64,000 nt of DNA from Lingula anatina (GCA_051362555.1 CM120643.1:7378001-7442000), one strand, 5' to 3'. Shown: positions 14,601 to 28,258, counted from the stretch's first letter. The notes: generated from the sequence alone by a model not told the origin. Translations and numbers: made by a program.

Positions 14601-15827
14601 ATCAATACAACAGTGTTAAATGTCCAATTTCCTCCATTCTGAAATTCTGAACATAGTGAATGATTGAATCTGACAAACTGCAATGATATGAGTTTATTTC
14701 CATTTTTGAAACTTTATTACACAATACACGATAACAAGTTTACCATCATTTTTACATAATCAACTAATAATGTTGTAAAGATGCAGGAAATGTCAACCAA
14801 ACACTTTTACATGTCTTATTAGTTAAATAATGAGACTGTTAACATGCCTAAGAATTGAATCTGAGGAAATGTGAAACAAGACAGCTCTGTTCTGTCATGG
14901 GTTTATTTCCATTTTTAACACTTTTTTTAACATAAAACAAAATAAACAGTTTACTGCAATTTTTATACAATCAAATAAGAAAATTGATGAGATGGGGAAA
15001 ATATCAATAGAATAGTGTTAAATGTCTAATTTCCTCCATTCTGAGATTCTGAACATGGTGAATGATTGAATCTGACAAACTACAATGATATGAGTTTATT
15101 TCCATTTTTGACACTTTATTACACAATACACGATAACAAGTTTACCATTATTTTTACATAATCAACTAACAATGTTGTAAAGATGCAGGAAATGTCAAAC
15201 AAACACTTTTACGTATCTTATTAGTTCAATAATGAGACTGTTAACGTGCCTAAGAGTTGAATCTGAGGAAATGTGAAAAAACAGCATAACTTCTAAAATA
15301 ATGCCCCGATTATGCTGATTTTCGAACTCAACCTGCGTTTTAGTAAGATTGACCACTCCTGTGAGTTTAATGACAAATGGCTTATCTGTTTTTCTTATAT
15401 TGTGTTTACAGTGTTGCATATATGCTGAAATATGAAAAAAACAGCATAACTACTAAAATAGTGGCCCGATCATGTCGATTTTCGAACTTGACCTGCGTTT
15501 TAGCAAGATTGACCACTCCTGTGAGTTTCATGACAACAGGCCTAACTGTTTTCCTTAAAATGTGTTTACAGGGTTGCATATATGCTGAAAATTGAAAAAA
15601 CAGCATAACTTCTACAATAATGGCCCGATCATGCTGATTTTCGAACTTGACCTGCATTTTATGAATACTCATCAGCTCTGTAAATATGAAGCCAAAAAGT
15701 AAAACTGCCCTCCACTTATCGTGTTTACAAGGAAAGTGCACGGCGCCGGCATCGGCATCGGCGACGGCGACGGCGACGACAGACGCAGGTGATGGCAATA
15801 TGTACAGACACATCTGTGTCTGTACAT
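11699..15827. mobile_element. Helentron-like (HINE) element with internal repeats and a 1586-bp tandem duplication, inserted into the satellite
   Basis: Starts acaaggcagcaaagctgtcaaatgtacagaca and ends with (gacggc)n plus the hairpin tgtacagacacatctgtgtctgtaca. The flanks rejoin to the satellite sequence gactta|aaatagttaaacg. Same family as 61168-63207. Confidence 0.75.
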
Positions 15828-18800
15828 AAAAATAGTTAAACGATAATAATTTTGTCAAATCTTGTCCACTATTTCTGAAATTTGTACAAATGATGCTTAA
15901 CAACAATAGAAATCTGTTATAAGATGATCAGTTGACTGTATCTAATGAAAAGTGATTTTTGGGACAACAAATTTGGGACAACTGAAATTTACATTGAGAA
16001 GACTGGTAAAACACAGGACTTTAAAATAGTTAAACGTTAATAACTTTGTCAAATCTTGTCCAATATTTCCGAAATTTGTACAAATGATGCTTAACAACAA
16101 TAAAAATCTGTGATTAGATAATCTGTTGACTGTATCTAATGAAAAGTGTTTTTTGGGACAACGTATTCGGAAAAACTGAAATTTACATTGAAAAGACTGG
16201 CAAATTCCAGGACTTAAAATAGTTTTAAAAACGTTAATAATTTTGTCAAATCTCGTCCAGTGTTTCTGAAAATTATACAAATGATGCTTAACAACAACAA
16301 AAATCTGTGATAAGCTGATCAAATGACTGTGTCTAATGAAAAGTATCTTCTTACGACAATATATTTGAAAAAACTGAAAATTACACTGAAAACACTGGCA
16401 AATTCCATGGCTTAAAATAGTTAAATGTTAATAATTTTGCAATGTGATTATAAATAAAATATCAAATGTGATGACTTGAGGTTGTGTGTGTAAGAGGTTG
16501 CAAATTACCTATAACTGTTATCTGGAAAACAATATATACCCATACAAGACTTCTCCTTACTATCAATGCCAGATACAGATAACTCCTTACAATGGGTTTC
16601 TGGAATGGGTTGTTGTTATCACAATATTTGACAATGTCCTTAATCTTGCTACATATCATGTATTGTACACATGGATAAGACATAGCGCTGCTCTTGGTGC
16701 TGTCTTTCAGTGCCTGCCTTTTCATGGTAATGGTACTCTGGAAAAAAGAACAATATAACTGAAAAAACTGAAAATTATATTGTAAAGACTGGCAAATGCA
16801 ATGACTTAGAACAGTTAAACGATAATAATTTTGTCAAATCTTGTCCACTATTTCTGAAATTTGTACAAAAGATGCTTAACAACAATAGAAATCTGTTGTA
16901 AGATGATCAGTTGACTGTATCTAATGAAAAGTGATTTTTGGGACAACAAATTTGGGACAACTGAAATTTACATTGAGAAGACTGGTAAAACACAGGACTT
17001 TAAAATAGTTAAACGTTAATAACTTTGTCAAATCTAGTCCAATATTTCTGAAATTTGTACAAATGATGCTTAACAACAATAAAAATATGTGATAAGCTGA
17101 TCAGTTGACTGTGTCTAATGAAAAGTGTTTTTGGGGACAATATATTTGGGAAAACTGAAATTTACATTGAAAAGACTGGCAAATCCCAGGACTTAAAATA
17201 GTTAAATGATAATAATTTTGTCAAATCTTGTCCAATATTTTATGAAAATTGTACAAATGATGCTTAACAACAATAAAAATCTGTGATAAGCTGATCAAAT
17301 GACTGTGTCTAATGAAAAGTGTTTTTTTGGACAACATATTTGGGACAACTGAAATTTACATTGAGAAGACTGGCAAAACACAGGAATTTAAAATAGTTAA
17401 ACGTTAATAATTTTGTCAAATCTTGTCCAGTGTTTCTGAAATTTGTACAAATGATTCTTAATAACAATAAAAATCTGTGATAAGCTGATCAAATGACTGT
17501 GTCTAATGAAAAGTATCTTCTTGCGACAATATCTTTGAAAAACTGAAAATTACATTGAAAACACTGGCAAATTTAATGGCTTAAAATAGTTAAATGTTAA
17601 TAATTTTGTAATGAGATTATAAAATAAAATAGCAAATGTGATGACTTGAGGTTGTTTGTGTAAAAGGTTGCAAATTACCTATAACTGTTATCTGGAAAAC
17701 AATATATACCCTTACAAGACTTCTCCTTACTATCAATGCCAGATGCAGATTACTCCTTACAATGGGTTTCTGGAATGGGTTGTTGTTATCACAGTATTTG
17801 ACAATGTCCTAAATCTTGCCACATATCATGTATTGTACACATGGATAAGACATAATGCTGCTCTTGGTGCTGTCTTTCACTGTCTGCTTTTCCATGGTAC
17901 TCTGGAAAAAGAAGAATATAACTGAAAAAACTGAAAATTACATTGAAAAGACTGGCAAATGCAATGACTTAAAATAGTTAAACGATAATAATTTTGTCAA
18001 ATGTAATCCAATATTTCTGAAATTTGTACAAACGATGCTTAACAACAATAAAAATCTGTGATAAGATGATCAGTTGACTGTATCTGATGAAAAGGGATTT
18101 TTGGAACAACAAATTTGGGACAACTGAAATTTACATTGAGAAGACTGGCAAAACACAGGACTTTAAAATAGTTAAAAGTTAATAATTTTGTCAAACATTG
18201 TCCAATATTTCTGAAACTTGTACAAATAATGCTTAACAACATTCAATATCTGTGATAAGCTGATCAAATGACTGTGTCTAATGAAAAGTATCTTCTTGCG
18301 ACAATATCTTTGAAAAAACTAAAAATTACACTGAAAACGCTGGCAAATTCCATGGTTTAAAATAGTTAAATGTTAATAATTTTGCAAATTGATTATAAAA
18401 TAAAATAGCAAAGGTGATGACTTGAGGTTGTTTGTGCAAGAGGTTGCAAATTACCTATAACTGTTATTTGGAAAACAATATATACCCATACAAGACTTCT
18501 CCTTACTATCAATGCCAGATGCAGATTACTCCTTACAATGGGTTTCTGGAATGGGTTGTTGTTATCACAGTACTTGACAATGTCCTAAATCTTGTCACAT
18601 ATCATGTATTGTACACATGGATAAGACAGTGCTGCTCTTGGTGCTGTCTTTCACTGTCTGCCTTTCCATGGTACTCTGGAAAAAGAAGAATATAACTGAA
18701 AAAACTGAAAATTACATTGAGAAGACTGGCAAATTCCAGGACTTAAAATAGATAAACGTTAATAATTTTGTCAAATCTTGTCCACTATTTCTGAAATTTG

Positions 18801-19434
18801 TACAAATGATGCTTAACAACAATAAAAATCTGTGATTAGATGATCTGTTGACTGTATCTAATGAAAAGTGATTTTTGGGACAACATATTTGGGAAAACTG
18901 AAATTTACATTAAAAAGACAGGCAAATCCCAGGACTTAAAATAGTTAAACGTTAATAATTTTGTCAAATCTTGTCCAGTGTTTCTGAAATTTTTACAAAT
19001 GATGCTTAACAACAATAAAAATCTGTGATAAGCTGATCAATCATCTGTGTCTTTTTTAAGTGTCAAGTATATTGGAAATTGATAATCAGAATAGTGAGAA
19101 TTAACCAAAAGAAATATTTCAGTACTGCAATGTATTATTTACTTTTAAAGAAAACAGCAAATGTGATGATTTGAGTTTATTTGTGTAAGAGGTTGCAAAT
19201 TACCTATTAATGTCATCTGTAAATCAATATATACCCATTCAAGACTTCTTCTTGCTATCAATGCCAGATGCAGATTACTCCTCACAATGGGTTTATGGAA
19301 TGGGTTGCCGTTAGCAAAATATTTGACAATGTCCTAAATCTTGCCACATATCACGTATTGTACACATGGATAAGACATACTGCTGCTTTTGCTGCTGTCT
19401 TTCACTGCCTGCTTTTTCATAGTAAGGGTACTCT

Positions 19435-19775
19435 CAGACATGCTGAAACTGTCGGTCCGAGCGGTCATGACCGGCAAAATTTGTCTGGACTGATAAAAAA
19501 TTGGACTTGGTCGGTCCAAAGGAGTTTTAAGAGGCGCCATTTTGAATTTTCAGTCATCGTTCGATGTACTTCAAGAATAAAATTATATAAAACCCAAAGC
19601 ATTTTCCATTTCAAACTGACCACATTCACAAACAAAGTGAGCTACCTAATTGCAGTATCCGTCTCAAAAAAAATTGGGTGATTTCCAGTCTGGCAAAAAT
19701 CCATTCAGTCCGGCAAATTTTTCATTACTGCCGGTCAAAATGTCCAGCCATTCTGAAAAGTTTTCAGCATGTCTG
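19435..19775. mobile_element. MITE with CAG...CTG termini and 6-bp TSD (hAT-like)
   Basis: TIR cagacatgctgaaa / tttcagcatgtctg; tactct duplicated on both sides; interrupts a satellite unit A. Confidence 0.75.
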
Positions 19776-20374
19776 TACTCTGGAAAAAGAAGAACATAAT
19801 TGACTGAAAAAACTGAAAATTACATTGAAAAGACTAGCAAATCCCCTATAAATTACCTATAACTGTCATCTGGAAAACAATATATACCCATACAAAACTT
19901 CTCCTTACTATCAATGCCAGATGCAGATTACTACTTACAATGGGTTTCTGGAATGAATTGCTGGTAACTGTGACCTTGAAATTGATCTTTACACTGGCAA
20001 ACAATGTTAGTTTTAAAAATATTAGACATGATCCTGTCTACCACTTCCTTGGTAGAATATCCTCCCAGTGTGGCAAGGTGGTTTGACTATTGAAATAAAT
20101 ATAAAACCTTAATTAGTATAGCAGATTTATATATATACATACAACAAATGATAAGTGTTCAGATTAAAATATATTTAATTTAATCATTTATCAAATAACC
20201 ATTTAAAAAAAATCAACTTTATAATTTATTCCATAGGTAGCTTCAGCACAACAATCACTACATTAATCATACTATTATTTTTTTAAAACTTACCAGTAAT
20301 TACATTTTATGCTTATCTTTAAGTGTGTTTTCAACCCTTGCCACATCTTCTCTAGTCTACATAGGAAACTTAAT

Positions 20375-20838
20375 TATATTTTAGCAGCTTTTTCAGCTTT
20401 TGCAGCAGCAATTTTCACCTTGATTGCTTTATTTCTATCAGGTCCATGGTGACAGTCCATGATGATTTCACTGAAAATCATAAAAGGTATCAAATTCTTA
20501 CTGTCCAAATGAAGTATCTTGTCTTTGATTCCATCTTATCATTTTGGTTGAGAATTTCCAGTCTCATCTTACAAATTGCACCATTCCATCATATTTATAT
20601 AATATTAATCAGCAAAACATGTTGTATTTTGCATGCAGATCTGTGGATTGTTGCTTACCAGAAAACACAATGTCCTCAAATTTCTCTTCCACTGCCAGGG
20701 CCTCCCGACACCAGTTTACTCTTTTTGGACGGTTGATCAATCTTACAAGTTGACAGTAGCCTTAACTAGCTTTCCCACTCTTCACCCAGCCAATCGTCTT
20801 TCTAAATCTCCACACAGCGCTGGATGATACAAGCAGAT
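20375..20838 (-). pseudogene. Degenerate transposon-protein fragments: Tc1-like N-terminal region plus CaRF-like motif
   Basis: Minus-strand peptide VSSSAVWRFRKTIGW...YCQLVRLINRPKRVNWCREALAVEEKFEDIVFS resembles Tc1 sequence upstream of the first catalytic D. Downstream IPFMIFSEIIMDCHHGPDRNKAIK resembles the CaRF-like family. Stops present. Confidence 0.55.
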
Positions 20839-21024
20839 CTGTTAAAACAAACAAAAAAGAGGAGGATCTATATGAACTTTCAGTCAATAAAATTTTTTCT
20901 TCATATATACAAGTGATTATTTTTTACAAATTAAATCAATACAACTAGGTAAGGTATTGCAAGTGCAGGTACATGTACTTTGACAATTATAATAGTCCAA
21001 AAAAGAAAAACATCTTTGACTGCA

Positions 21025-21262
21025 TTTCAAGAGATTTAGATCGATCCATCTGGATCGACCCAACTCCATGGGGGTTCAAGCTAAATTGCTGTCAGCCGAG
21101 CGTGCACGACAGTTAATTACCCCCGTACAGCTTTCAGTAGGCGGGACAGACATTTAAGCCGGTTAAGCTGACACCAATCTATTTAAGCCGGTTAAGCTGA
21201 CACCAATCTAGTGAGACTCCCCAGGGGGATAGATTGATCTAAATATCTATGGGAATGGGGTC
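21025..21262. mobile_element. Small palindromic repeat element; second copy at ~55415-55625
   Basis: ttagatcgatc...gattgatctaa inverted ends. Shared interior (gggggttca, gctgtcagccg, gtgagactcccc) with 55432-55610. Confidence 0.6.
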
Positions 21263-21764
21263 TTTTACTTATGACTTCAATCAAGTATGTGTGACTAGAA
21301 TACTTCCACAGTCCCTCAGCACTGAACCCCAAAAAAATCTGTCTTTAAAACAAATATAATTTTGCAACAGTTGTTAAACTGTGATATTTTCCATTAATAT
21401 GTCAAATGTTCAGTTTTCATTCCACGTTCATTCTTTTACCCTCCCTCTGCTGCTACATGTTGCTGTGGATGGCAGTGTGACAGCAGCCCTGGTGCTAGCT
21501 GTTGTTGTTGTTGCAGTTGGACTGTCACTTGAGATATCATTATCATCATCATCATCTTCATCATCATTGCCTACTAATTAATTAATTTTTTTTTTTTTTT
21601 TTTTTTTTTTACAAAACCCACCAAGAGCAGGGTGGCCTTATGTCCCACGCGGGACGAAGAGCAATGATGATGACGACCAAGAGCAGGCAAATCTTCTAGA
21701 TCAATTGTGTATAGTGGTTCTGTGAATCCACAGATCGCAGTGTCTAAGCACAATATTTGACAAT

Positions 21765-22001
21765 GGGAGCATTCACATCAAAAGTGCTGAGGTCTAGTAA
21801 GGCTGCGACCTAAATATGGCATCCCTGCAGGGGCACAGTAACTATCTCGGCTCAATTCTACCGGTCGAGGGACAACGCGTGGGGAGGCATGTGAGAGGCG
21901 GAGAGACCACTACAGGATAAGCGGTCTTCCTTTCATGTAGGTCCGCCATATTTAGGTTGAAGCCTTACTAGACCTCGGCTCTTCTCGATGTGAATGCTCC
22001 C
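21765..22001. mobile_element. MITE with 3-bp TSD (PIF/Harbinger-group-like), related to 28259-28803
   Basis: TIR gggagcattcacatc / gatgtgaatgctccc; TSD aat at 21762-21764 and 22002-22004. Confidence 0.8.
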
Positions 22002-22559
22002 AATGTCCTAAATCTTGAAACATCCCACGACTTAAAATAGTTAAACGTTATTCATTTTGTCAAACCTTGTCCATTATTTCTGAAATTTTTAAAAATGATG
22101 CTTAAAAAGAATAAAAATCTGTGATAAGCTGATCAAATGACTGTGTCTAATGAAAAGTTTCTTCTTCGGACAATATCTTTGAAAAAACTGGAAATTACAC
22201 TGAAAACACTGGCAAATTCCACGACTCAAAACAGCTAAACGTTAATAATTTTGACAAATCTTGTCCAATGTTTCTGAAATCTATACAAATGATGCTTAAC
22301 AACAATAAAAATCTGTGATAAGCTGATCAGTTGTCTGTGTCTCATTTTAAGTGTCAAGTTTATTGGAACTTTATAATCAGAAGTGTGAGACTTAACCAAT
22401 TTGAAAAGAAATATTTCAATATTGCAATGTAATATTTACTCTCAAAGAAAACAGCAAATGTAATGATTTGAGTTTGTTTGTGTAGGGGGTTGCAAATTAC
22501 CTATAACTGTCATCTGGAAAACAATATATACCCACACAAGACTTCTTCTTGCTATCAAT

Positions 22560-23272
22560 GGCAAATGTGATCCATGACAGCCAACCTGCTGAGAGTGAAT
22601 GGCACCCTATGTGGACAAGTTGGGAATGCTGGAATTGATAACAGGTGACTACAAACATCTTTTTCAATAGAATTATATGAATCAGCTTTGAAACAGTTTT
22701 ACAAATGGACCAATATCTGTACTTTAAAGCTGGAACATAATTTTATATCATGTTTTCAAACAAAGAAGTTGGTATTTTCTGGTCAAATGCACCCATTACT
22801 CGTCTCCAAATTCCAGAGTTTACTAAATTGATAAGCAATCTCCACAGCTTCAGTAAGGTCGTTACCCACTACCTGACAACCCATTTCTTTAATATCCATC
22901 TTCATTCTAAGCAATACTTAGTACACCCTTCCTCATTACTGTCATTGCTACAGTCATTGCTGTGGTAGCATCTCCAAGTTAAGTTGATACAGCAACAATA
23001 TTACCACACACAAACATATATGGCTGATATGTGTGATCCACAGGAAGACAATACAAAACACATCTTTAAAACAATCTACTTTATTTTCAAGTGTCTTAAA
23101 ACTGTTCCTTCACTTTCTTTGACAAAGCATTAAAATACCTGGGTAATTTACATTAAAATTCTTACATCACTAGCAGCACAAATCCACCTAATTATCAGAG
23201 ATTCCATTGAACAAGATGAAAACCTTGCTGAAAGGCTGTGATTAAGCAGCATTACAGATTCAAAAATTCACT
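22560..23272 (-). pseudogene. Degenerate coding exon containing an LDL-receptor class A (LDLa) repeat; possibly part of an LDLa-LRR-7TM (GRL101/RXFP-like) receptor pseudogene
   Basis: Minus strand ~23030-22915 reads FVCGN..CINLTWRCYHSNDCSNDSNEEGC (one frameshift). This keeps the LDLa spacing C-D-x3-D-C-x-D-x-S-D-E-x2-C with acidic residues mutated. The receptor assignment is inference. Confidence 0.5.
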
Positions 23273-23375
23273 GAAAAAAAGTGAAATATGTAAAGATCCA
23301 GAAGGCAATGAGATTTATTATGAAGATTTATGAAACTCATGTTGTTATCTGACCATCTTGAAAATAAGCCTGTGG

Positions 23376-25116
23376 TCATTGTGTTTTATTATTTTTATTT
23401 TAGTATAGTCCTATGCCTCCTAGTACAGTGTAGTAGTCTGCAGTCATTGTGTTCCATTGTGGCAGTATAGTCCTGTCTCTCTTAGCACAGTGTAGTAGTC
23501 TGGAGTCATTGTGTTCCATTGTGGCAGTATAGTCCTGTGCCTCCTAGCACAGTGTAGTAGTCTGGAGTCATTGTGTTCCATTGTGGCAGTATAGTCCTAT
23601 GCCTCCTAGCACAGTGTAGTAGTCTGGAGTCATTGTGTTCCATTGTGGCAGTATAGTCCTGTGCCTCCTAGCACAGTGTAATAGTCTGGAGTCATTGTGT
23701 TCCATTGTGGCAGTATAGTCCTGTGCCTCCTAGCACAGTGTAATAGTCTGGAGTCATTGTGTTCCATTGTGGCAGTATAGTCCTGTGCCTCCTAGCACAG
23801 TGTAGAAGTCTGGAGTCATTGTGTTCCATTGTGGCAGTATAGTCCTATGCCTCCTAGCACAGTGTAATAGTCTGGAGTCATTGTGTTCCATTGTGGCAGT
23901 ATAGTCCTGTGTCTCCTAGTACAGTGTAGTAGTCTGGAGTCATTGTGTTCCATTGTGGCAGTATAGTCCTATGCCTCCTAGCACAGTGTAGTAGTCTGGA
24001 GTCATTGTGTTCCATTGTGGCAGTATAGTCCTATGCCTCCTAGCACAGTGTAGTAGTCTGGAGTCATTGTGTTCCATTGTGGCAGTATAGTCCTGTGCCT
24101 CCTAGCACAGTGTAGTAGTCTGGAGTCATTGTGTTCCATTGTGGCAGTATAGTCCTGTGCCTCCTAGTACAGTGTAGTAGTCTGGAGTCACTGTGTTCCA
24201 CTGTGGTAGTATAGTCCTGTGTCTCCTAGAACAGTTTAGTAGTCTGGAGTCATTGTGTTCCATTGTGGCAGTATAGTCCTGTGTCTACTAGAACAGTGTA
24301 GTAGTCTTGAGTCATTGTGTTCCATTGTGGCAGTATAGTCCTGTGCCTCCTAGTACAGTGTAGTAGTGTGGAGTCATCGTGTTCCATTGTGGCAGTATAG
24401 TCCTGTGCCTCCTAGTACAGTGTAGTAGTCTGGAGTCATTGTGTTCCATTATGGCAGTATAGTACTGTGCCTCTTAGTACAGTGTAGTAGTCTGGAGTCC
24501 TTTTGTTCCATTGTGGCAGTATAGTCCTGTGCCTCCTAGTACAGTGTAGTAGTCTGGAGTCATTGTGTTCCATTGTGGCAGTATAGTACTGTGCCTCTTA
24601 GTACAGTGTAGTAGTCTGGAGTCATTTTGTTCCATTGTGGCAGTATAGTCCTGTGTCTCCTAGAACAGTTTAGTAGTCTGGAGTCATTGTGTTCCATTGT
24701 GGCAGTATAGTCCTGTGCCTCCTAGTACAGTGTAGTAGTCTGGAGTCACTGTGTTCCACTGTGGTAGTATAATCCTGTGCCTCCAAGTACAGTGTAGTAG
24801 TCTGGAGTCATTGTGTTCCATTGTGGCAGTATAGTCCTGTGCCTCCTAGTACAGTGTAGTAGTCTGGAGTCATTGTGTTCCATTGTGGCAGTATAGTCCT
24901 GTGTCTACTAGAACAGTGTAGTAGTCTTGAGTCATTGTGTTCCATTGTGGCAGTATAGTCCTGTGTCTCCTAGTACAGTGTAGTAGTCTGGAGTCATTGT
25001 GTTCCATTGTGGCAGTATAGTACTGTGCCTCTTAGTACAGTGTAGTAGTATGGAGTCATTTTGTTCCATTGTGGCAGTATAGTCCTGTGCCTCCAAGTAC
25101 AGTGTAGTGTGGAGTC
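23376..25116. repeat. 62-bp minisatellite, ~28 copies
   Basis: Unit gtcattgtgttccattgtggcagtatagtcctgtgcctcctagcacagtgtagtagtctgga repeats head to tail with point variants and no spacers. Confidence 0.97.
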
Positions 25117-26931
25117 AGATGATGGACTGGAAAAGACATAAAAATTCAACAATCAGGCTTTTCCTCAAGATCAAAAATATTAGAGTGCATAATAAAAATT
25201 TTAGTAGGTTTATTACATCAAATTAACTGCAAAGAAATATATTAAAAAATAAACTTTCCAAATAAAGTATTGTTGTAAGTCAAGGCAGAAGCATACACTG
25301 TACCAGTACTGATATTAAAGAGGTGGGTTTATAGTGCTTTCTGAAACTCAGGAGGGTCGTGCTAGTTCACGTAAGTGGACACACCATGGGAAGTTTGTGT
25401 TATTCATAGTTCAGTTCATATATTACTATTTCGACAGATGACTCCATAGGAAAAAGGAGAAGTCCCACTTATAATTTATATTAGAAGACTGAAGGCATAA
25501 CGTCAGTTCTCCAATTAATTATCTCACCTTCATAAGCCACTGGGTAATTACAGAAGAAAAGAGAATGGAAAAGTTGAAGTAGATGACGGCTTGCAATCGT
25601 GTCAGTTCTCCAAAAGCACTTTTAATTTGCAGCATCAAGGTTCTGCAGCACATTGTAAAATCTTCACCAGCACATTGCATCGTGATGTGAACAGTGAACA
25701 ACTGACACAGTCGATACCATATGTATCCGTCACTTAAGATGTCTCATCCTGAATTCACCGTTTAAGTTTGTCAATAGAATCTATAACAAAACCATCTAAG
25801 AAAAGTGTCCTGATGTATGGTGAAACTCAGTGTGCAGAACGTTTGATGAAAATTCCGAGTTTTCAGCGTCACCCTTTGCCTAGTTTACGCCACATAAAAA
25901 TTGTTTAGTATAGATGGCGCTATGCAAGAGGTGAGACTTAGGATTTGTAAAGGACTGCGGCCAGTTTCACCGCCTGCTTTCTAAGAAACTCGTGCGAGGA
26001 GGGAGAGAGTTCTGGAACCGCAAAAGATATGACCAGGGACCAGGCACTGTGATATATATTGCGATATTTAGTAGAAAGACTCAAGGTCGAGAGCTTCAAC
26101 GAAGTGTCAATCTGATTGGTTTAAAGTTAAGGAAACAATACAGGAATTCTTTTATACAATGATTATTTCTGTTTATTGTTTTAATACAAGCAAAGAGATA
26201 ATGTCTACACAGTCGCTGGTAAGTTTTATTTTTTATTCAAAACTGAAATTCTGTAGCAAGTTCAATGTAAGCCCACACAGCGCCTTTTTACCTGTTCATG
26301 ATTTTTTATGTGGTTAATTTTTATTCTTAAAAAAATTCATGTCACACGTTTTGCTGATCATTCTGATAATGGTACAAATGCATACATCACAAACTACCAA
26401 ATAAAGATACAGAACTCCATGATTTGTATCTTGTTTAACATGATTTCAACAGTTATTATCCCAGTGATCAATTTGAATGTCTGTAGTGTAAATATCAAAA
26501 AGATATATTGATAGGATTTCTTTCTGTTTTATTTTATTTATTCTTTTTATTTTGAACAGCCATGGCCACAGTCAGAATTGTTTTAAAAAACAATTTATTG
26601 AAAGCAAAAGTGGTGGGCAGGGGAACTGCCCTCGGGGGATGGGACCCCCAGCGAGGAGTGAACCTGTGAAGGTTCACCGATATGGGAGTCCCATCTCTCA
26701 GGGCAGAGTATCTCCTGCCCAAGGGCTCAAATATGGTATGGAAATTCATTAAGCCACAAAATGTAAGTATGAAACTTTTTTTTTTTTTACAAAAATAATG
26801 ATCTGAGGTAAAAATGATAATCTTTCAAATTGAAAAGAAAATTTAAAGTCCAATACGTTTAAGTGTTTATTTATTCATACCTTCATTCATTTCTTCTGGT
26901 GTATTTGATTTATCATTTATTGTATATATAT

Positions 26932-27104
26932 CTGGGTTAGCGCTAGCAATTTTTTCGCTTAGCCAAATCATCACTTTTTTTGTCAATTTGTTATCCAAAT
27001 GGTGTTAATTTGACTAAAATGAGTCAAATTAAGCCCTTTTTGTTTAGCCAATTTAAGTCAGTTTTAGCATTTGGCTAAATTGGCGAGTGTTAGCGCTACC
27101 CCAG
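26932..27104. mobile_element. MITE inserted in a (TA)n run
   Basis: TIR ctgggttagcgct / agcgctaccccag; tatata on both flanks. Confidence 0.6.
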
Positions 27105-28258
27105 TATATATATATTAACATTTTACTTTTCATTTTAGACATTAACATATCATCAAGTAATTTATTTGTTTGTTTGTTTTAGTATTTTTGTTTGTTTGTT
27201 CATTCGTTCATTCATTCATTCATTCATTCATTCATTCATTCAGCCTTGGGTGTGGCTGGACATGGGAGCCTGAACCCTTTAGGAACAGGTGCCTCCAGGT
27301 GACCACCAAAGACAGCATGTAAGTGACCTGTACTTGGGGAGAACTGGACATGGAAATAAAAGGTGCTTGATCTTATAATTCTCTCTCATATAACCAATGC
27401 AAATCAAAGGTGAATTAACCTTTAAATTTTATGCATAACATATTGAAATAATTATGATTTGATCCAACAATCCTATAAAGTATAACCTATGGGAAGAAAT
27501 GATGAAATGGTCCATTTTGGACTGTATTTTAATCTATATATAATAACTTGTGAATAACAAATAAATGTGTCATCCTATTCCAGAGTGGAACTACACATAC
27601 AAGCCTGAAGTCCACACCAGAGGTAAGTCTACAACATTGCTCTATTCAATCAACTTGATGCATTTTTTAATCTTTTAGCAAGGATTTATGAAATACAATT
27701 ACAACAACACCCTGACTCTCAGGGTGCAAGTCTGGACCCTCAGGGGCTGTTGACAATGAATTTGGAGACCTAGCTAATGTGCACTAACTCCATGGAAACT
27801 CTCACTGAATACAATCAGATTAACAGACTAACATGCTTCTTTTTGTCTCCAACATACTCCAACATACTCACATAAATGGTATTCCTTAAAATTCAATTCT
27901 GTTCTTTCAGGTGATACCAAGGAAGAGAATAATGTAGCAGTTGTTAAGACCCTAAGCATTAAGGAACTAGGTAAGGCTGGAATCTTTGTAAAATGATTAT
28001 GAATTTTAATAAACTTGCACGCACACATACACTAACAAACACACATACACATGCACATACCCACTGCAAGAATGTTGCTCAAGAAAAGTCTGCTCTTTAG
28101 CATACTAAAAAAGGTAATTCATTTATTTTTAAGTCAATTAAATCTTTGTATGTGACTTCATTAAATTGTAATAGGCCTACTGAATCCTTTTTGAGCATAC
28201 ACAGATATGGAATGTCAAGTTTTTATTTGATATCAATTTTTCTTTAGCTGATATCAAA

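Larger units (their letters stand above)
9820..22560. repeat. Complex higher-order tandem array: ~300-bp unit A alternating with 2-4 copies of a ~193-bp unit B; interrupted by insertions
   Basis: Unit A at ~10375, 11350, 16460, 17630, 18405 and 19150, partial at ~19850 and 22450; it produces the repeated MCKRLQITYNC ORFs. Unit B recurs at 9901/10094 and 10683/10876/11070/11263 etc. Confidence 0.9.

Noticed and set aside
12095-16322. Short ORFs within the Helentron-like element and satellite
   Set aside because: Repeat-derived, with no Rep/helicase or other recognisable motifs.
10402-19681. Repeated ~90-aa plus-strand ORFs (MCKRLQITYNC...) as a peptide gene family
   Set aside because: They are by-products of satellite unit A, mostly with non-ATG starts and variable ends; any coding ancestry is on the minus strand.
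23376-25116. CRISPR-like regular array
   Set aside because: Whole 62-bp units repeat with no unique spacers, there are no cas genes, and the context is eukaryotic.
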